From Octopus sinensis (taxonomy: Eukaryota), in the NCBI RefSeq assembly GCF_006345805.1, contig NW_021825763.1:1-15716 (forward strand): a stretch of 15,716 bases of DNA, written 5' to 3'. A model generated the notes under the pieces. The model ran no database searches. It had not been told where the DNA came from and worked only from the letters and a program-made list of their open reading frames with translations. Positions 10,635 through 15,716 of the stretch are shown piece after piece (the first letter of the stretch is position 1; every line of letters begins with the position of its first letter). The translations under genes were made by a program, and so were the position numbers.

Positions 10635-10929
10635 TGCTAAAATTCAAAGCCACAGCTTCAAAAAACCGCCAGTTCTACGATAAATACACACACGAGCAAT
10701 GCAATGAATATTTAAAAAAATAAACCTACTTCCAGAATGGTATACGAAGATATTTAATACATACCCTTCTTTTCTTCATATATTTTATATTTACTTGTAT
10801 AGGTAGAAGTCTTCCTAGCCACCTCATTATTACTGTTTATAACGGCCTTCAAAAGACCAATGAAACAAAACCATTTTCAAATGTGTATCTATCAAACTAA
10901 TTGTATATTTTTGCTTATAACCTTCACAG

Positions 10930-11011
10930 ACTTTGACCTCCTCCCCTTTGAATTATTATACACCTTATAGATTAGTAATGATTTCGAGGGACAATGGGGA
11001 TGCAACACTTG
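10930..11011 (+). other. candidate small coding exon (weak FN3- or cadherin-like pattern), unconfirmed
   Basis: Branch-like CTAAT at 10897, pyrimidine tract and CACAG acceptor at 10929, open frame TLTSSPLNYYTPYRLVMISRDNGDATL(G), and a weak donor G|GTATAC at 11012. A competing exon-like signal exists on the minus strand. Confidence 0.2.
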
Positions 11012-11265
11012 GTATACTTTTTTATCGTTTTTATTTACTTTTCGTTTCCGCGTTCCACTTTTTCTCATTCCACCTTTTGTATTTATCTTTCCGTCCTTTT
11101 CTCCTATTTTCACATCGACCAACACCCTGTTTTTCAAGTGAGACCAACCATCTGTCCTCGAACCAGAAAAATTGGTTGGAGACACAAGGCATAATATATA
11201 AATTTGCCAAATAATTGTTTTGCAGCATGAAAATATTAGTAGCTCATATTTAAATATTGTGTATA

Positions 11266-11669
11266 CTCTCTTTACTCTTTTACTTGTTTCAGTCATGTGA
11301 CTGTGGCCATGCTGGAGCACCGCCTTTAGTTGAGCAAATCGACTCCAGGACTTATTCTTTGTAAGCCTAGTACTGATTCTATCGGTTTCTTTTGCCGAAT
11401 CTCTATGTTACGGGGACGTAAACACACCAGCATCAGTTGTCAAGCGATGTTGGGGGAAAACACAGACACGCAAACATATACACACACATAAATATATATA
11501 TACATATATACGACGGGCTTCTTTCAGTTTCCGCCTGTCAAATCCACTCACAAGGCTTTGGTCGGCCCGAGGCTATAGTAGGAGACACTTGCCCAAGGTG
11601 CCACGTAGTGGGACTGAACCCGGGACCATGTGGTTGGTAAGCAAGCTACTTACCACACAGCCACACTCC
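11266..11669 (-). mobile_element. SINE family 1, full length, best-preserved copy
   Basis: Minus strand GTGGCTGTGTGGTAAG (A box), CGGGTTCAGTCCC (B box), CCTTGGGCAAGTGTCT (cf. MIR CORE CCTTGGGCAAGTCACTT), a short internal TA/GT tract, and the complete 3' module to GAAACAAGTAAAAGAGTAAAGAG. Confidence 0.9.
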
Positions 11670-11713
11670 ACGGGATGAAGTGCTTTTTTGTTGATCCAAT
11701 GGTAACACCTCAC

Positions 11714-11916
11714 CTCTCTCTCTCTCACTCATTCTCTCTCTCTGTCTCTCTCTTCATATATATATATATATATATACATACATACATATAAACATACATA
11801 CATGCATACAAACATACATACATACATACAAACATACATACATACATACATACATACATACATACATACATACATACATACATACATACATAAATACATA
11901 CATGCATACATACATA
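11714..11916. repeat. compound (CT)n/(TA)n/(CATA)n microsatellite
   Basis: Directly visible. It occupies the position of the internal microsatellite of the adjacent SINE head. Confidence 0.95.
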
Positions 11917-12068
11917 TAGACGGTCTTTTTCAGTTTTCGTCTGCCAAATCTACTCACAAATCTACTAGCCTGAGGCTATAGCAGAAGACTGTTGCTCAAG
12001 GTTCCACGCAGTGGGACTGAACCCGGAACCATGTACTTGGGAAGCAAGCTCTTTACCACATAGCCACA
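11917..12068 (-). mobile_element. SINE family 1, head module only
   Basis: Minus strand GTGGCTATGTGGTAAAG...CCGGGTTCAGTCCCACTGCGTGGAACCTTGAGCAAC...GAAAACTGAAAAAGACCGTC. Confidence 0.85.
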
Positions 12069-12185
12069 TATGTATACCAACCATAGACCGGAACCACCTG
12101 TTTATCCAATCCTACCTGGTGCATATCTTTTCAAGTACCTGATTCTATCTGAATCCTTATTTTACAACACACTCACACACATATA

Positions 12186-12562
12186 GGCGCAGGAGTGGTT
12201 GTGTGGTAAGAAGCTTGTTTCCCTACCATTAGGTTCCAGGTTCAGTCCCACTACGTGGCACCTTGGGCAACTATCTTCTACTATAGCCTTGGGCCGACCG
12301 AAGCCTCGTGAGTGGATTTGGTAGGCGGAAACTGAAAGAAATCCGTCATATATATTTCTCTGTGTAGTCTGTGTTTGTCTTCCCATCACCACTTCACAAA
12401 CGGTGTTGGTGTGTTTACATCTTCATAACTGAGAAGTTTGGCAAAGTAGACCGATAAAATAAGTATCAGGCTTAAGTACTGGGGTCGATTCATTCGACTA
12501 AAAATTCAAAGCGGTGCCACAGCATGGCTGCAGTCCAATGACTGAAACAGGTAAAATATAAA
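12186..12562 (+). mobile_element. SINE family 1, full length
   Basis: GGCGCAGGAG start, A box TGGTTGTGTGG at 12196-12206, B box GGTTCAGTCCC at 12239-12249, CORE-like CCTTGGGCAA at 12261-12270, and a 3' module ending AATGACTGAAACAGGTAAAA. Confidence 0.9.
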
Positions 12563-12583
12563 GGGTAATATATATATATTACA

Positions 12584-12685
12584 AGGCTTACAAAGAATAA
12601 GTCTTGGGCTCAATTTGTTCGACTAAAGATGGTGCGCATTCTTGGCTACAGTCAAATGACTGGAGTAAGTAAAGGAATAAAAGAA
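12584..12685 (+). mobile_element. SINE family 1, 3'-terminal fragment
   Basis: AGGCTTACAAAGAATAAGTCTTGGG...TCGACTAAAG...CAGTCAAATGACTGGAGTAAGTAAAGGAATAAAAGAA. Confidence 0.8.
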
Positions 12686-12790
12686 TATGTATGTATGTAT
12701 GCATGTATGTATGTATGTATCTATGTATGTATGTATGTATGTATGTATGTATGTATGTATGTATGTATGTATGTATGTATGTATGTGTAT
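12686..12790. repeat. (TATG)n microsatellite
   Basis: About 26 units. Confidence 0.97.
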
Positions 12791-12949
12791 GGTTTTTGGA
12801 GTCGGGGTCTTGACTGCTATTTCGGCATGGTGGTATTTATTCATAATTTTAAACAAGTATTGCCTTTGTATGGTATTTATTTCCATGCTGGCCACTTGAT
12901 ATTATCGATATTTAAATATCGAAATTATCCTTATTTATAAATTTATATA
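12791..12949 (+). repeat. direct repeat A, copy 1 (159 bp)
   Basis: Aligns by eye to 13266-13433 with about 11 substitutions and two indels (~93% identity). Confidence 0.95.
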
Positions 12950-13124
12950 ATTCGTCACTAAATTCACTGCGATGTTTATTTTTTACCATATCGCGCTTGT
13001 GAGGTCGTTGGCAGGCAATGTGGACTGACCTTGTACATACGTGCATATATATGTACGTATGGACGTTCGTATATGTAAGTATAACGTATGTTCTCTCTAT
13101 ATATATTTGTATTTATGTATCCAT

Positions 13125-13196
13125 CTGGCATATTGAACTGACGAAGGCAGAGCTTATTTGAAGCGAGCCAGAAATCCAGGATCTTGATTAATCCAG
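13125..13196 (+). ncRNA. candidate type I hammerhead ribozyme (minimal, Penelope/retrozyme-like)
   Basis: Core CTGACGA at 13138-13144. Stem II is GGC/GCC plus GCTT-atttg-AAGC. GAAA lies at 13171-13174. Stem III is ATCC-A-GGAT, a quasi-palindrome, with an AUC cleavage triplet at 13181-13183. Stem I pairs 13125-13137 with 13184-13196, 9 of 13 pairs in register. Deviations: an A.A at 10.1/11.1 and a G.G mismatch after only 2 bp of stem I. Confidence 0.55.
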
Positions 13197-13265
13197 TAAA
13201 ATCTTTTTTACTAGTTTATTTTGTCTCTCTGTCGTATCTCATGGTGCGATATGAACATTTAAGGT

Positions 13266-13433
13266 GGGTTTTGGAGTCGGGGTCTTGACTGCTATTTCGA
13301 CATGGTGGTATCTCTCAGATACTCTTATTCATAGTTTTAAATAATTATTACCTTTGATATTTATTCCCATGCTGGCCACTTGATAAGATCGATATTTAGA
13401 TATCGAAATTATCCTTATTTATAAATTTATATA
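13266..13433 (+). repeat. direct repeat A, copy 2 (168 bp)
   Basis: See copy 1. It carries a 13-nt extra segment at 13312-13324. Confidence 0.95.
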
Positions 13434-13830
13434 CGAAACACGAGTATATGGAACATGAACTGTTCTTTCGAACAATGAAAGACACAAATGGAGAACAAAA
13501 CAGACATAAAGAACGACCCTTCATTAGTTGTTGGCTGTTTTTCTAGTTTCGTATTTCGAGCATTTAACAACAATATACGCTTTCGATAAAACAGTTGCTC
13601 CCACAAAGCAAATTAAATAAAATTTGTGATTTTGCAGAGGGTCAAAATAGGTAACAAAAACAGGACAGCGAAAACAAACAGGAACGGCTGCTAAGCCTAA
13701 ACGAGGTTGTGGTTGCGAACGCGTAAATCAAGCTTCAACAGGAGACAAACAAGAACACGTCTTCCTTGTTTCAGCTACAATGGAGAGAAAGAAAGATGGC
13801 CGCGAGTCACGTGAGAGCCACGTGAGCAAG
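13434..13830. mobile_element. unassigned octopus interspersed repeat fragment
   Basis: ACAGACATAAAGAACGACCCTTCATTAGTTGTTGGCTG and flanks resemble a repeat recalled from octopus sequence, and the stretch has more CpG than its surroundings. Family and boundaries are uncertain. Confidence 0.35.
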
Positions 13831-13836
13831 GGAGGA

Positions 13837-13840
<4 letters not shown>

Positions 13841-13868
<28 letters not shown>
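13841..13868. repeat. (GA)n microsatellite
   Basis: Directly visible. Confidence 0.9.
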
Positions 13869-14085
13869 TGACAGAATAATAGGACAGAATATTGGGAGAA
13901 GATGAGGTAAAGGAATAAGAGAAAGGAAAACGGATGAGTAAAAAGATCGTATAGGGTGCGCATCAGAATTATTAAGATAAATAAATACTTGGAAGAGGAT
14001 GCGTGGGTAATTGGGTACAATACCAACAGTGTATTGGATAGGTACTATCCCTTAGTTGGTTTCTCAACCTCTAACTCACACAGAA

Positions 14086-14087
<2 letters not shown>

Positions 14088-14137
<50 letters not shown>

Positions 14138-14330
14138 GACGCACTGCTTGACGACCGATGTTTCTTTGGTTTGTTTATGACCCTGTAACCTAGCAGTTTG
14201 GCAAAAAGAGTAAGATAGAATAGGCACCAGGTTTTAAAATGAGGCTGGTATCGCGTTTCTTGGATAAACCTTTCAAGTCGGCGCCCGAGCACGGCCGCAG
14301 TCTATTGACTAAAGCAAGTTAAAAAATAGA
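14088..14330 (+). mobile_element. SINE family 1, internal (TA)(TG)n tract + 3' module
   Basis: GCTTGACGACCGATG...CCCTGTAACCTAGCAGTTTGGCAAAAAGAG...GATAGAATAGGCACCAGG...GCACGGCCGCAGTCTATTGACTAAAGCAAGTTAAAAAA. Confidence 0.75.
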
Positions 14331-14918
14331 AGATTGAATGCGTTCAATATCACAAAGATCCGGAATTTGACGAAAATAGAATACTTGTAAAAGAGCAGAG
14401 TTTTTCAAGGTTACATAATGGTACCTAAGTCACTAGCATCTTTATCATCATGTACTCTACTGACGTGTATTTACGCTGCTAAGTAGAAATTCAAAATCAA
14501 GTTAAGATTCGACAGTGCCTAATTGAATTGAATTAGAGTTGTATTTATTAATGCTGCTGTAACTAACTGAATGCTTAACTACTTATTATTCCATTGCTGG
14601 AGTCAGGTTTCCTTCCTCGCTTTATTATTAATTTTCCTGAAGATATTCTTGTTAACTAATCCTTTTTCTGCTTTAGCTTGACTAATTATTCAGATTTTGG
14701 ATTCCTAGTAAAATTGTAAATACAATCTTTAATTGTAATGTACGTTTCGCTTTTAGCTACACATTCTAAACTATTAGCTAATTGGAATGAGCTAAATTGT
14801 TTGCCCCATGTTTATATTATTGTATGTGCTTATACCGCCTCGTTCTGTAATTAAAAATCCAAAAAGTTTCATATCGGTACATCAGCAATAGCTATATATA
14901 TATATATATACATACATA

Positions 14919-15716
14919 CGAGGTGGTATCAAAATATTCACGGCTGGTTCGTTAGTGCGCCAATAAATGGCAACACACGGTTGAATGCTCAGTGAGAGCT
15001 GGTAGCGACCTTCATGAGTGAAACCGGTGTGTTTACTTTGCAAATTGCTGTTTTTGTGATTACGTGTATGCTATTCTGCGATTTTTGTCATGGACAGGAA
15101 GTTGGAAAAAGGAGCCAACTTGAAATTTTGCATTAACCTTGGAAGGTCTGCTACAGGGACATTGAGCATGCTTCGGCAAGCTTACGGCAACGAGGCAATG
15201 AGTCTTACGTCATGGTCCGAGTGGCATGTGCGCTTCGGAAGCGGTAGAACGTCCATGGAAGACGATGAGCGATTCGGAAGAACTGTCACGGGGTTCACTC
15301 CTGCAAATGTGGAGAAAATTTATCAACTTGTGCATGAGGATGGTCGGAGGACAATCAACGGCATTGCTGATGTTGCTGGTCTGTCGTCTAGGTCAATGCA
15401 AGCAATCGTAACATCTGAATTGCGGCGTGTTCCTGCCAAATTTGTCCTCTGCCTGCTGACCACTGTCCAGAAAGAACATCGTTTCAAAGTCTGTCTGCGT
15501 GCCACCGATGACCCATCCTTCATGTCGCTGATCATTACTGGTGACGAGAGTTGGGTCTACGGGTATGACCATGAGACGAAGCAACGGTCGGAACAACGAA
15601 AGAGTTCCACATGTATACGACCGAAGAGGGCACGGCAGAGCCGCAGCTCATTACAGAGTATGCTCATCGTTCTTTCGACATCTGCAGCATTGTGAATCGA
15701 GAATTCGTCCCCCAGG
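14919..15716 (+). mobile_element. mariner (Tc1/mariner, DD34D-type) DNA transposon, 5' part; continues past window end
   Basis: A TA dinucleotide at 14917-14918 inside a TA/CATA tract is followed by the TIR-like CGAGGTGGTATCAAAATATTCACGG. A ~170-bp leader precedes the transposase ATG at 15090. The right TIR is outside the window, so the TIR length is unconfirmed. Confidence 0.9.
15090..15716 (+). pseudogene. mariner transposase, frameshifted
   Basis: N-terminal HTH region (KFCINLGRSATGTLSMLRQAYGNEAMS; EWHVRF..GRTS.EDDER.GR), KFVLCLLT (WVP..L equivalent), and IITGDESWVYGYDHET with the first catalytic D at 15543-15545. After MLIV (15660-15671), a 1-nt loss shifts the frame. The alternative frame from 15674 reads FDICSIVNREFVPQG, matching the family motif FFDIRGIVHREFVPQG. 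Confidence 0.92.

Noticed and set aside
148-12392. Recurring ORFs with ...YDG.LS.S..QIHS.GFG.PEAIV.DTCPRCH.VGLN (148..351, 2875..3162, 11437..11640, 12162..12392)
   Set aside because: These are antisense translations of the SINE head, not a protein family.
923-12940. Numerous ORFs rich in YI, CV, HT, MYVC, poly-I, poly-L, poly-S, poly-R or poly-E
   Set aside because: They are translations of microsatellites with no coding evidence.
13455-13545. Minus-strand CTAATGAAGGG...CGAAAGAACAGTTC as a second hammerhead
   Set aside because: G5 is mutated, the ~50-nt stem II does not pair, and there is no UH after stem III.
1-15716. CRISPR arrays, tRNA or rRNA genes, prokaryotic operons
   Set aside because: No repeat-spacer array is present. 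The tRNA-like segments are SINE heads without a complete cloverleaf, and the sequence is eukaryotic repeat DNA.

Overview
AT-rich, microsatellite-saturated eukaryotic non-coding DNA (intron or intergenic). It is most likely from an octopus, because the dominant interspersed repeats look like the tRNA-derived octopus SINEs; this is recognised from memory, not from a database search. No intact protein-coding gene is supported, and almost all ORFs in the track are translations of microsatellites or SINEs. The window holds about nine copies or fragments of a two-module tRNA/CORE-like SINE, one copy of a second SINE family, two decayed CR1/L2-type LINE RT fragments, a decayed mariner 3' remnant, and the 5' part of a younger mariner (left TIR plus frameshifted DD34D-type transposase) running off the window end. 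The most interesting signal is at 12791-13433. A candidate type I hammerhead ribozyme (13125-13196, +) keeps every core nucleotide and has a quasi-palindromic minimal stem III. It sits between two ~160-bp direct repeats (~93% identical), an A-B-A layout resembling Penelope-associated or non-LTR retrozyme elements. It has clear deviations from the canonical fold and may be inactive.
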